DNA from: Candidatus Latescibacterota bacterium
GTDB lineage: Bacteria; Latescibacterota; UBA2968; SICM01
Assembly: GCA_965217865.1 (NCBI GenBank)
Contig: CBDCJO010000002.1
Coordinates: forward strand, 5,472,001-5,536,000
Direction of reading: 5' to 3'
Length of the DNA stretch: 64,000 nucleotides
The position numbers and the translations under genes were made by a program. A model generated the notes under the pieces. That model did not search any database. It was given only the letters and a program-made list of their open reading frames with translations, and was not told the origin of the DNA. Positions 50,975 to 59,818 of this stretch are shown one piece after another. Position 1 is the stretch's first letter. Each line of letters opens with the position of its first letter.

Positions 50975-51994
50975 TTAATTTTTCGCAGCCTCTCGACAGT
51001 TCTCACAAAGCCCAAAGACCTGGAGGCTGCGATCGCTCGAAATGAAACTGGAACGCCACGAGATCGCCTCAAGGTGAGCGTCAACCGTTTCATCGAAAAA
51101 CTCTTCGACCTTTCCACACGTTTCGCAGATGAGATGACCATGCCGTTTTCCGACTCCCCGGGGTAGTTCTTGGCGGGCGTATGGACTCTCATAAAGGATT
51201 CTGTCTTCGCCCATCCACATACGGCGTACCAGACCGCATTTAACCAGCAGGCTCAAAGTTCGATAAGCCGTCGCCCGAGAAACCGTAAGACCCTTTTCTC
51301 GCATCCTCGAACAGAGGGACTCGACGTCAAAATGGCCGACCATGGATGACACCTCGGAAAGGATCTTCTGTCTTTCTGCTGTCATCCGCAAGCCAAGAGA
51401 TTCGAGGTGTTTTGCGAATCGACTCTCCGATCCCTCCTCTTCGACGCGGTCCAAAGGATTCTCGCCATATGCGAACGGGTCAAAATTGAACTGGCTGAGC
51501 CGATCGGACCGTATGACTTCCTGCATCTCCTTGAGTATCGTCAAGTGGCGATCTTCATCCGCGGCGAGGTGATCGAACAACTGGCGGACATGAGGTGTTT
51601 TAGAACGTTCCTTTAGATTTTCAAACAGGGATTGGCTATCCTGCTCTTCATCGATTGCCATCGTCACGGCCCCGAGGGCGTCGTCCGGTGGGGTGAAGCT
51701 CTCCAAATCGGATCCAACTGCATCAGAGGTCGGAAAAGGATCCTCGCTTGAACGACGAATCTCCGCCTCGAGCACATCAAGATGCTTCTGTTCCTGCTCG
51801 GCAAGGTAAAGAAAGGCGTCTCTGCCGATGGAACTGGGCGTTAACTCAGCTGCCAATTTATATAACCGAACTGCATCGCCTTCCACGCTCAGAGCGTGGT
51901 GGAGCGCCTCAAGATCTTCACTGTCCAGGGGCTCGGTCCTCCGCTGGTTGGCCTCCTCTTTCATGGGCCCTCTCGTCACGTCTTTTGGCTTCAA
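50975..51994 (-). CDS. Rubrerythrin/ferritin-like domain fused to a Fur-family regulator
   Basis: E...EQKH...E...EDRH, then RMTAER, SRATAYRTL, HGHLICETCG, GLCENC. Confidence 0.85.
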   Translation of the reverse strand: MKPKDVTRGPMKEEANQRRTEPLDSEDLEALHHALSVEGDAVRLYKLAAELTPSSIGRDAFLYLAEQEQKHLDVLEAEIRRSSEDPFPTSDAVGSDLESFTPPDDALGAVTMAIDEEQDSQSLFENLKERSKTPHVRQLFDHLAADEDRHLTILKEMQEVIRSDRLSQFNFDPFAYGENPLDRVEEEGSESRFAKHLESLGLRMTAERQKILSEVSSMVGHFDVESLCSRMREKGLTVSRATAYRTLSLLVKCGLVRRMWMGEDRILYESPYARQELPRGVGKRHGHLICETCGKVEEFFDETVDAHLEAISWRSSFISSDRSLQVFGLCENCREAAKN

Positions 51995-52095
51995 TACCTA
52001 AATATCGGGTTTTATAAGAATATACAGAAAAAAACCGGACTCGGCAACCGATTTTCCAAAATCCTACTTAGATTTGAGTCATCTAAAATAATATT

Positions 52096-53033
52096 TTATG
52101 GTATAAATTTTGTTCTTTCATTTACCTTAAGCACAAATGCCGCTATCAGCCGCGCAGTTTGTTCTAAGTCTTTGAGTGACAGCAATTCAACGGGTGTGTG
52201 CATATAACGCAATGGAACACTCACAAGTCCGGTTGCGACTCCTGCTCGCGCCAGCTGCATTTCGTGGGCATCAGTACCGGTTGCTCCAGCTGCCGCTTCG
52301 AACTGATAGGGGATCTTCGCTCGTTTCGCTGTTGAGACAAGAAGATCCAGTACTACAGGGTTCACGTTTGCACCACGTGTCAGCACAGGTCCCTTACCTA
52401 TTTCCATGCTGCCGGATTGGCGGGGATCAACGCCGGGATGGTCTGTAGCCCAGGTCACGTCCACCGCTATCCCGACAGAGGGATCTACGCCAAAAGTGCT
52501 CGTTCGCGCACCTCGGATGCCGATCTCCTCTTGAACGGTAGCCACTGAAAAAAGCGCGGCTTTATCGGATCGCCAATGGCCACGAGGGACAAGGCATCCT
52601 TACGCGACTTGGCCCCGATGTCAATCCATAATTCGTGAATCTCATGAACTTTTCTCCTCTCAGAACCAGTCATTAAGTGGATGGGCTTTTTCCCGATTAC
52701 ACCCAGGATGGTCCCTTTCGAGTTTAGAATTCGGACCTTCCGGCCGGGGATTGGTCCGGGATCGAATCCCCCGATCGTTTGAAAGTATATAAATCCATTG
52801 TCATCAACGTGTACGATTTGGAATCCCAGTTCATCACAGTGGCCAGCAAGCATAATCCTTGGATTACCCTTTGGGTTCAAGGATGCAATGACATTGCCGT
52901 GCAGGTCTTCCCTGACTAAGTCCGCATATTTGGACACCTCTGTTCGGAAGACCTTACGAATGGCCTGTTCGAAACCGGATGGGCTTGGGGTCTCCAAAAG
53001 ACGTTTTAGAAATTCCAGCGATGTTCGGCGCAT
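52096..53033 (-). pseudogene. M42 aminopeptidase with internal deletion/frameshift
   Basis: AGHCDE...IGDPI joins out of frame to KAALFSVATVQEEIG; the D-D/N-R metal-ligand segment is missing. Confidence 0.85.
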
Positions 53034-53213
53034 AAATTGCCTCAGTTAACGAAGGTCGGTTACTAGTACTTAGCTGCGCAAGTTTATGCGTGCAAATCCG
53101 CCCTTAACATCCTGTTTTTGCTAGGAAATCAGATTACGCGAATTTCCGCAGGTTAGTACTAGTTTGGAACCGGGCAAGTCCCTCTGATAAGGTACTTCGG
53201 AAGGATATCCCAC

Positions 53214-53249
53214 AAAAAAGGCCGACCTCATATGGTGAGGGTCGGCTTT
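53214..53249 (-). terminator. Intrinsic terminator
   Basis: GCCGACC...GGTCGGC followed by CTTTTTT on the minus strand. Confidence 0.75.
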
Positions 53250-53272
53250 CATCGTCTTTTGTGTGTTTAAAC

Positions 53273-53402
53273 CGGGCCCGACCCGCCTTATGGCAGACCA
53301 CCGGAAACGTATCCTCCTCAGCAGGTAGGGAGCTCCGTCAAGGAGGGGGGAGCCGGCAGGGACAACATCGAAGGTTGTTCCATCGGGCCCGTGGGGAGAT
53401 GT
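53273..53402 (-). ncRNA. Candidate structured ncRNA, family unassigned
   Basis: 9-bp closing stem enclosing three arms; promoter-like TTGATT-18-TATTTT upstream; terminator downstream. Confidence 0.45.
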
Positions 53403-53741
53403 ATGCGAAAAATAACTATTTGGGGGGGGGGAAATCAAGTATAAAGCGGCGGGAAACACGTTAGAAAATCTTAAAAGTCAATATATTGTGTTCTTTTTTC
53501 TGACCTCTACATCTCATAGGTCAAGTATCAAAAAATTCTATCCGAAGTCTCGTTTTTGATGTTCCTCCAGACCGGAATACCATCCTGAAATATATTCGAA
53601 CACTTGTGAAATCGGGATAAATAGAAAGCAGACTCAGAAAAATTCCTTCTTCCTCATTAGAGCAGCTGGCTTGATATGCCCCCGTAACGGACGCCCCCTC
53701 CCTTCCGAGTCCCGGTGTGAGTGAACTTTACAGAAGTCTTG

Positions 53742-54147
53742 TTATCCACTTTCTTCACTCAATTCCCGTATCTGCTTCCGTACGGTCTTCAACTGTTCCG
53801 TCAAATTCATCAACCGCTTGAACCGCTCAGGCGAAACCGGTTTCGACATGAGCAAATCCGCGAAATTGTCCACATTCTGCAAACCGTCGGCGTCCATGAG
53901 ATACCCCGAAATAATCGCGATCACTGCATGGGGACAGAGGCTTCTGACCACAGACAGAATATCCAATCCCGTGACACCTGGCATCCTGATATCGAGCGTA
54001 ACCAGATCATAAGTCATTCGAGTGGCAAAAGGCGAGGGCCTCCTCCCCGCTCGATGCTTGATCCACGTGTTCGGCCTTGAAAAGTCTGGCGGTGTCAGCG
54101 AGGAACCGAGCAACATCGGCACTGTCGTCAACGATCAAAACGCGCAT
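53742..54147 (-). pseudogene. Single-domain response regulator with +1 frameshift
   Basis: MRVLIVDD...SGEEALAF, then shift in a T run near 54027 to YDLVTLDIRMPG...KP. Confidence 0.8.
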
Positions 54148-54215
54148 AAGAAACCCCTGGATGAGTACAATTGGTAATCTCGACCTTGAATCCCACCCTT
54201 CACTTTAGGAGAGCG

Positions 54216-55310
54216 CTAAAAGACTCTTCCGAACATGCCAGCAAACAGGAAAAAGTCTTCTAAACCGACGAACCCATCCCGATCCGTGTTGATCCGGGAC
54301 ACCGACCCGAAATATTGATGAATTCCTACAGCAGGATAGCCCAGGTCCAGGAATGCCTGATGGTCTGAACAGTTGCATCCTTCCCGGGTTCCGGTCGAAA
54401 TCAGCTCGAAAGGCCCCGTTCCTGCTCGGTTTCTCGGAACCAGATCCGTATAGTCGTGAGCCGCCTGAGCGATCTCCTCTGCCAAATCCAAAGAGCGGCT
54501 AGAGGTATCGATCGTGAATGCAGTCGGGAACTCTGCCGATCGGGTTCCAATTGCATCCACGTTAAGCACTGCCGAGATGTCATCGACTCGCTCTCGGATT
54601 AGTTCCGCATAACTTCGGCTCCCCCATAGGCCCAACTCCTCCCCATCGAAAAGGACGAAGACAACTGACAGATCCAAATCGGTAATAAAGAGCAACCGGG
54701 CAATCTCCAATACAACGGCCGTTCCGGTCGCGTTGTCGTCCGCCCCCGGGGCATAGGTGGTGTCAGGCTGGGTAACCGAACCCGGGTTACTCAAATTGAT
54801 CGAATCGTAATGTGCTCCCAACAACACAAACTTCTCCGGACGAAGGACACCGGGTTTAATGACTGCGACATTTCGCCCTTCGACCCCGTCCAGGATAAAC
54901 CGACGTCCCAGAAGGGTACGATCGAGGCTGATGGTAAACGGTTCGAACCGGACTTCCGGATAACCCGCGTTGAGGAGTCGGGCGCTGATCCAGTCCCCGG
55001 CGGACCGGTTGGAATTCGTTCCGACAAAACGGGTTCGAAACCCCACCAACCGCTCCCCGACCGCTCGAATACTATCCTCAAGGATTCCTTCGACCAAGCT
55101 CTGAATATCCGGATCGGGGGCGGCATGTGCGGGAGAAGAAAACGTGACCATCCAAACAAAGACGATCGTCCATCCGGTTGAGGAACAGCGTGATCCCTGA
55201 GCAGTCTCATGATTCTTCGGATGGGAATCGGAAAAAAATGCGCAGGGTAGAAGACCCTGCGCCTGTTCCCAAAACTTTGGAAGGATGTCAGACCGACGCT
55301 CTGATTTCAT
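54216..55310 (-). CDS. M28 peptidase, probably internally deleted before an EF-hand/dockerin-like tail
   Basis: GAHYDS, PGADDNATG, GEELGLWGS, SDH; ends abruptly in DRDGFVGLEDFFLFAGMFG. Confidence 0.75.
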   Translation of the reverse strand: MKSERRSDILPKFWEQAQGLLPCAFFSDSHPKNHETAQGSRCSSTGWTIVFVWMVTFSSPAHAAPDPDIQSLVEGILEDSIRAVGERLVGFRTRFVGTNSNRSAGDWISARLLNAGYPEVRFEPFTISLDRTLLGRRFILDGVEGRNVAVIKPGVLRPEKFVLLGAHYDSINLSNPGSVTQPDTTYAPGADDNATGTAVVLEIARLLFITDLDLSVVFVLFDGEELGLWGSRSYAELIRERVDDISAVLNVDAIGTRSAEFPTAFTIDTSSRSLDLAEEIAQAAHDYTDLVPRNRAGTGPFELISTGTREGCNCSDHQAFLDLGYPAVGIHQYFGSVSRINTDRDGFVGLEDFFLFAGMFGRVF

Positions 55311-55412
55311 GTAAATCGGTGCCGAGCCTCATTGCTGCGCTGGTGATAGGGTCGGGTCGCCTCTGGTTGGCCGCCTCCCTTCGGATCAACTATCGTGCGG
55401 ATCCCTAGGGAT

Positions 55413-55550
55413 CTATTCGCTGCTCTTTATAGTCGTCGTGGTTTTTGTCCCTGCTTTCCGACCTTCCTGAACTCGGGCTTTGATCGCCTCCTTGCGACGT
55501 TTCCGTTTTCGGCGAAGTTCCCGGCTCCGTTCCGTTCCACGTCCTGACAA
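55413..55550 (-). CDS. Small basic protein, 45 aa (not in the ORF track)
   Basis: AGGAGG RBS + TTG; MSGRGTERSRELRRKRKRRKEAIKARVQEGRKAGTKTTTTIKSSE. Confidence 0.6.
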   Translation of the reverse strand: MSGRGTERSRELRRKRKRRKEAIKARVQEGRKAGTKTTTTIKSSE

Positions 55551-55819
55551 TTAGGCCTCCTCTCAGATGATTTTCATAACCGGGGGCTTCCCAAAGAGCC
55601 TTCCGGATAAGATTATCCTTTTCGATTGAATATACTTAAGGTTCTCTGGAATGTCAAACAAAACAGTCAGTTGGGTTGTCTTCTTTCAACTCTGTTATGC
55701 CAGTGGTAGGGTCCACTGGATCTTTAAGGGGAAAAAATTCGGCCCCCAACCCAAAGGGCTGGAGGCCGTTCTTCGTCCGTAGGGGTAGGGGTGATCGACG
55801 GACGAATGGAATAGATTCG

Positions 55820-56965
55820 TTATTGGAGGAGCGTCAGGGCATTCTGAGGTAGCGCGTTCGCCTGAGCCAGGAGTGCGGTGCCCGCATTTGTCAGGATTTG
55901 GCTCCGGGTGAATTCGGAGACCTCCTCGGCAACATCCGTGTCTCGAATGGTCGATTCCGAAGCCTGAAGGTTTTCAAATGCGATGTTGTTGCGGGCGATC
56001 GTGAAGCCCAATCGGCTTTGCTGGATCCCGAGTTCCCCGCGCACCTCCGTGACGGTATCGATCGCCAGATCCAGGGATGAAAGGGCGGATCGGGCGCTGG
56101 ATTGGGAGTTGATCGAAATCACGCCAAGGTTGAGCTTTGCCCCTGTGGCCCTCATGTCTTCAATCGTGACGCTGATTCGATCCGTCGAGGCGGCGCTCCC
56201 ACCCACCTGGATGTCACCACCGGTCCCTGCGGAGATCAGCAGGGTGGTATTGTCTAGGTCTCCGTCCGAATAGGTATCGTTAAGGGTGATGGACAGCCCG
56301 AGCCGATCGAAGTTGACAAGGGCGGTTGTCCCGGTGGCAACCTGGTTGCCGTCGAGGACCGTACCGATATTGACTGTCTGAGTAATCGTACCGTTGCCGA
56401 TCGTGACCTGGCTATCTGTGGTGCCAGAGTCGACGAAAGTATAAGTCCCTGACTGCGCCCCGGACAGGATGACCTGCGTCAGGCCGGTGTTGGCGGAGAT
56501 CAGCGACGTCGAAACCGAGGTATCTCGACTGACCGTGTTTCCGAATCCGGTCAGGAGAGTACTTCCATTGTAAGTCGTCGAATTCGCGATCCGATCGATC
56601 TCCGAGACAAGCTGGATCACTTCTGAGTTTAACGACAACCGATTCGTGTCGTTCAGTGTGGATGAGGCCCCCTGCATGGCAAGTTCCCGCATCCGGAGGA
56701 GCATTGCACTGACCTCGTTGAGGGCGCCTTCCGCTGTCTGGATCAGGTTGGTACCCTGTTCGGCGTTCTTCGTCCCAACAGATAGGCCAATCAATTCCGC
56801 GCGCATCCCCTCGGAGACACTCAAACCTGAAGGATCGTCCGCGGATTTATTGATTTTTAGCCCTGAAGAGAGTCTCTCCAATCGCTTGCCCAGGTCCTGG
56901 CTGTTGATACCCAGGTGCCTTCGGCCGTTGAGGGAGATAATATTATGATTGACGCGTAGTGGCAT
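55820..56965 (-). CDS. fliC: Flagellin
   Basis: ERLSSGLKIN.SADD, QTAEGAL.E, S.IRDTD.A.E, QAN..PQ..L.LL; start ATG 56965 after AAGGAGGT. Confidence 0.93.
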   Translation of the reverse strand: MPLRVNHNIISLNGRRHLGINSQDLGKRLERLSSGLKINKSADDPSGLSVSEGMRAELIGLSVGTKNAEQGTNLIQTAEGALNEVSAMLLRMRELAMQGASSTLNDTNRLSLNSEVIQLVSEIDRIANSTTYNGSTLLTGFGNTVSRDTSVSTSLISANTGLTQVILSGAQSGTYTFVDSGTTDSQVTIGNGTITQTVNIGTVLDGNQVATGTTALVNFDRLGLSITLNDTYSDGDLDNTTLLISAGTGGDIQVGGSAASTDRISVTIEDMRATGAKLNLGVISINSQSSARSALSSLDLAIDTVTEVRGELGIQQSRLGFTIARNNIAFENLQASESTIRDTDVAEEVSEFTRSQILTNAGTALLAQANALPQNALTLLQ

Positions 56966-56994
56966 TTTAAACCTCCTTGTCGCAACCCGCTCGT

Positions 56995-57059
56995 TAGCTT
57001 CCGTGCTTGATGTTACCAATTGGTATTTAGTAGTATCTGTATTATCGTTCGATCCTTTA
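56995..57059 (-). promoter_or_regulatory. Putative sigma28 promoter and CsrA-type hairpin
   Basis: TAAA-N15-ACAGATAC; AGC-ACGGAA-GCT hairpin in the leader. Confidence 0.5.
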
Positions 57060-57529
57060 ACCAATTTTATGCGGATTTTGTTCTCAAATATAATTTTAGC
57101 CTTTCCATCCTCAATAAAATCAAGTTCAAGTTCTTTACTTCGAATATTTTTTACCTATACTTATCTACAGCGAAGGCCCGCTTTGAGCCGACTTCATTCC
57201 CCTTGACTAATTCAATCCCCCCCGGTATTTTCCTGGGGGCCCACAGAATTAGAGTCTTACATTATAGCTTCTACGCAAGATGGGTACATCTTTTTGATTG
57301 CGGCTCAGCGGATAGGCTCTCCCCTCGGCCGCCCCCCGTCAATAGAATGCCCGCTCCTGGGCCGAAGACACCCGCAATAGCACCCGGTGGTGGCTCCAAC
57401 CCAATTGTGAATACGTATTCACAATTCCAAACGGGCGGTACATTCGAAGCGCCTCATACATCTTTTTGTTTGCGGCTGAGTGGAAGCGAAGCGCAAGAGG
57501 CTTTTAAAAATTAATCGGAGCTCTTCTCC

Positions 57530-58198
57530 TTGAACACGGAAATCCATCCAAAAAGAGTATTAATCCTCGACGACCAGCCGGTGGTTCTCGAACAGCTCGA
57601 TCGCTGTCTTCGGAATCACAACTTCGAACCGATCCCGACCACCAGCTGGACCACAGCAATCGACCTGGTGACTCACAATACCCCCGATCTTGCCATCCTG
57701 GACTTACAGATGCCGACAATTCAGGGGAATTCGGTTTTAGACCTGATCCGGCAGGATGGACATTCCTTTCCCATTATTGTGATGTCTGCCTATCTAAACG
57801 AAGAGAAAATGGATGAACTCCGGCTCCTCGGTGCAAATGACTTTTTATCCAAACCTTTTCATCTTAACGACTTAGTGAACACGGTCCAGAGGCTTCTTGG
57901 ACAACCCCCCGTACCTGAATCCCCTCAAGAATCCGAGGAATCGGAAAGCTCTCCGAAAGAGGCCACAGCAATATTACCTGAAGAACTCGCCGATTCTGCA
58001 GTTCAAGAGACACAAGAAGACGACCCTCCCAAATATCCGAGGAAGCAGCGGATACACAAGCGGGAACTCCTGACTTATGCAAGAATAGCCTTGATCTGCC
58101 TGTTCGGGGCGTTCATCATCATCGTGATCAAAATGGGCTACACATCTGAAGACTTCGTCTCACAGGTGAAACAATTTCTTTTCGCAATTAGAATCTAA
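57530..58198 (+). CDS. Response regulator receiver + acidic linker + C-terminal TM; last codons supplied by the IS
   Basis: ILDD, DLQMP, KPF; hydrophobic segment near the C-terminus. Confidence 0.8.
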   Translation: MNTEIHPKRVLILDDQPVVLEQLDRCLRNHNFEPIPTTSWTTAIDLVTHNTPDLAILDLQMPTIQGNSVLDLIRQDGHSFPIIVMSAYLNEEKMDELRLLGANDFLSKPFHLNDLVNTVQRLLGQPPVPESPQESEESESSPKEATAILPEELADSAVQETQEDDPPKYPRKQRIHKRELLTYARIALICLFGAFIIIVIKMGYTSEDFVSQVKQFLFAIRI

Positions 58199-58279
58199 GG
58201 GCTTGACTTTTACCCTCTTTTCGGTTATATTAAGTGTAGTGAAAACAACCAACTTAACCAAAAAAGAGGAGGAAGGAAA

Positions 58280-59164
58280 ATGAACTTGTTGACGGCGATT
58301 GAAAGGTTCCCTACTCAGGAATCATGCATTGATCACCTTGAGCGGGTGAGATTCGGAGATGATCCGTTTTGTCCGCTCTGCGGTGTCGTTGGTGACGTTG
58401 CCCGCAAGAAGGACCGTAACCGCGTTGGACGCTGGAACTGTCATGCCTGCGGGTCCAGCTTCAATGTTCTTTCAGGGACAATATTTCAGAAAACGTACCT
58501 GCCGCTTCAGAAGTGGTTTATGGCAATCGCCTTGATCGTGAACGCCAAGAAGAGCCTGTCCAGTTGTCAGCTTGCCCGGGACCTGAACCTTACCCAGCGG
58601 TCGGCATGGTATATGCAACAGCGGATTCGTGCCGAGATGGCGACAAGGAATGGTAGAGTGCTCTTGCGAGGAATCATCGAGGCAGATGAGACCTACGTAG
58701 GAGGCAAGCCACGGAAGCGTAACAAGCGGTCAGGAGGCGGCGGCAACGCTCCCAGGGGGCGCGGAACCCGCAAGACTCCGGTTATAGGGGCAGTGGAGCG
58801 TGGCGGGAAGGTGGTTGCCCGTGTGGCGGACGATCTATCTGGCAAGGGAGTTCTGGCCTTCGTCAAGCAGGCGATAGACCCCGAAGGGTCGATGCTTGTC
58901 ACGGATGAATACAGTGCTTATAATACCGTAAGGCAAATCATGAGTCACGCTGTGATCCACCATGCCAGGCATTATGCGGACGGTGACATACACACGAATA
59001 CGATTGAAGGCGTGTGGTCTCTGCTCAAGCGTGCCTGGTACGGTTCCCATCATCACTACACGAAGCGTTACACGCCGTTCTATGTGGCTGAGGCGTGTTA
59101 CAAATACAACAACCGGAAGAACAAGCGGACGTTTGACACGTTCATGAAGGGGTGCTTCGCGTAG
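58280..59164 (+). CDS. IS1595-family (ISXO2-like) transposase
   Basis: CPLCG/CHACG Zn ribbon, EADETYVGG, TDEY, HTNTIEGVWSLLKR. Confidence 0.93.
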   Translation: MNLLTAIERFPTQESCIDHLERVRFGDDPFCPLCGVVGDVARKKDRNRVGRWNCHACGSSFNVLSGTIFQKTYLPLQKWFMAIALIVNAKKSLSSCQLARDLNLTQRSAWYMQQRIRAEMATRNGRVLLRGIIEADETYVGGKPRKRNKRSGGGGNAPRGRGTRKTPVIGAVERGGKVVARVADDLSGKGVLAFVKQAIDPEGSMLVTDEYSAYNTVRQIMSHAVIHHARHYADGDIHTNTIEGVWSLLKRAWYGSHHHYTKRYTPFYVAEACYKYNNRKNKRTFDTFMKGCFA

Positions 59165-59165
59165 A

Positions 59166-59696
59166 GTGTTTCTTAATATGGAGGTCGCAGAAATGAAGCC
59201 AATGACTCAACTTATTAATAGAATTGAAGAGAAAGACAAACTGTTCTTCAGCTTGTCGGACACACTTGACGTCAAAGCAAGCGTTTCGTTGATTCTGATC
59301 ACGTTTCTGTCCACACAAACCGCTTATTTTCTTAACCTTGACACTGCACACGTAGTTGTATCATCTGCCCAAACTCTCTCTGCAATAGCCCTTAGTGTGG
59401 GCGGAATTCTGGCACTGATTATTCTCTGGCCACGTTGCCATGAGACCGAAAGCATAGAGAAATGGGATCCCTGGTATCAAGAACTAAAAAAGTATTTTGA
59501 GGGCAAACCGGAAGCCGATCAAAAAGCTGATGAACTGTTTGAACGTGAAAGGTTCAATGGTCTGAAGAAACAAATAAAACACAACCGCTCCATCGTTGGC
59601 CAGAAGGCATGTCTTGCCACGTGGTGCTATGGATGCATAGCACTCTCTGTTTTATTAAATCTCGCGTGCCTTCTCTTACACAACACACTTCGCTAA
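59166..59696 (+). CDS. 3-TM membrane protein, Pycsar-effector (DUF5706)-like architecture
   Basis: LDVKAS-TM-TM-WPR-soluble loop-N..I...K-TM. Confidence 0.6.
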   Translation: MFLNMEVAEMKPMTQLINRIEEKDKLFFSLSDTLDVKASVSLILITFLSTQTAYFLNLDTAHVVVSSAQTLSAIALSVGGILALIILWPRCHETESIEKWDPWYQELKKYFEGKPEADQKADELFERERFNGLKKQIKHNRSIVGQKACLATWCYGCIALSVLLNLACLLLHNTLR

Positions 59697-59800
59697 CCGC
59701 CTTTAGTGACTCGTTCTGGCTGGGGCGGAGGAGGCGGTGGTGGCGGTGGTGGCGGTGGTGGCGGTGTCTGTTTTTGGTCGTTGTTTTTTTCGTCTGCCAT
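59693..59800 (-). CDS. 35-aa poly-proline peptide (not in the ORF track)
   Basis: AAAGGAG 7 nt before ATG; MADEKNNDQKQT-P14-QPERVTKGG. Confidence 0.65.
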   Translation of the reverse strand: MADEKNNDQKQTPPPPPPPPPPPPPPQPERVTKGG

Positions 59801-59818
59801 TTGAATTCTCCTTTCGAT

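Noticed and set aside
53273-53391. 5S rRNA or SAM-I riboswitch
   Set aside because: Size fits 5S but the CCGAAC and GAGAGTA motifs are missing; GGCCCGATG resembles SAM-I but the other conserved elements are absent
56966-57064. N-terminal extension of flagellin in the ORF track
   Set aside because: RBS and homology start at 56965; the extension overlaps the promoter and leader
57200-57500. c-di-GMP riboswitch between flagellin and the response regulator
   Set aside because: The conserved GGCAAA/GCAAAGC motifs were not found in a plausible arrangement
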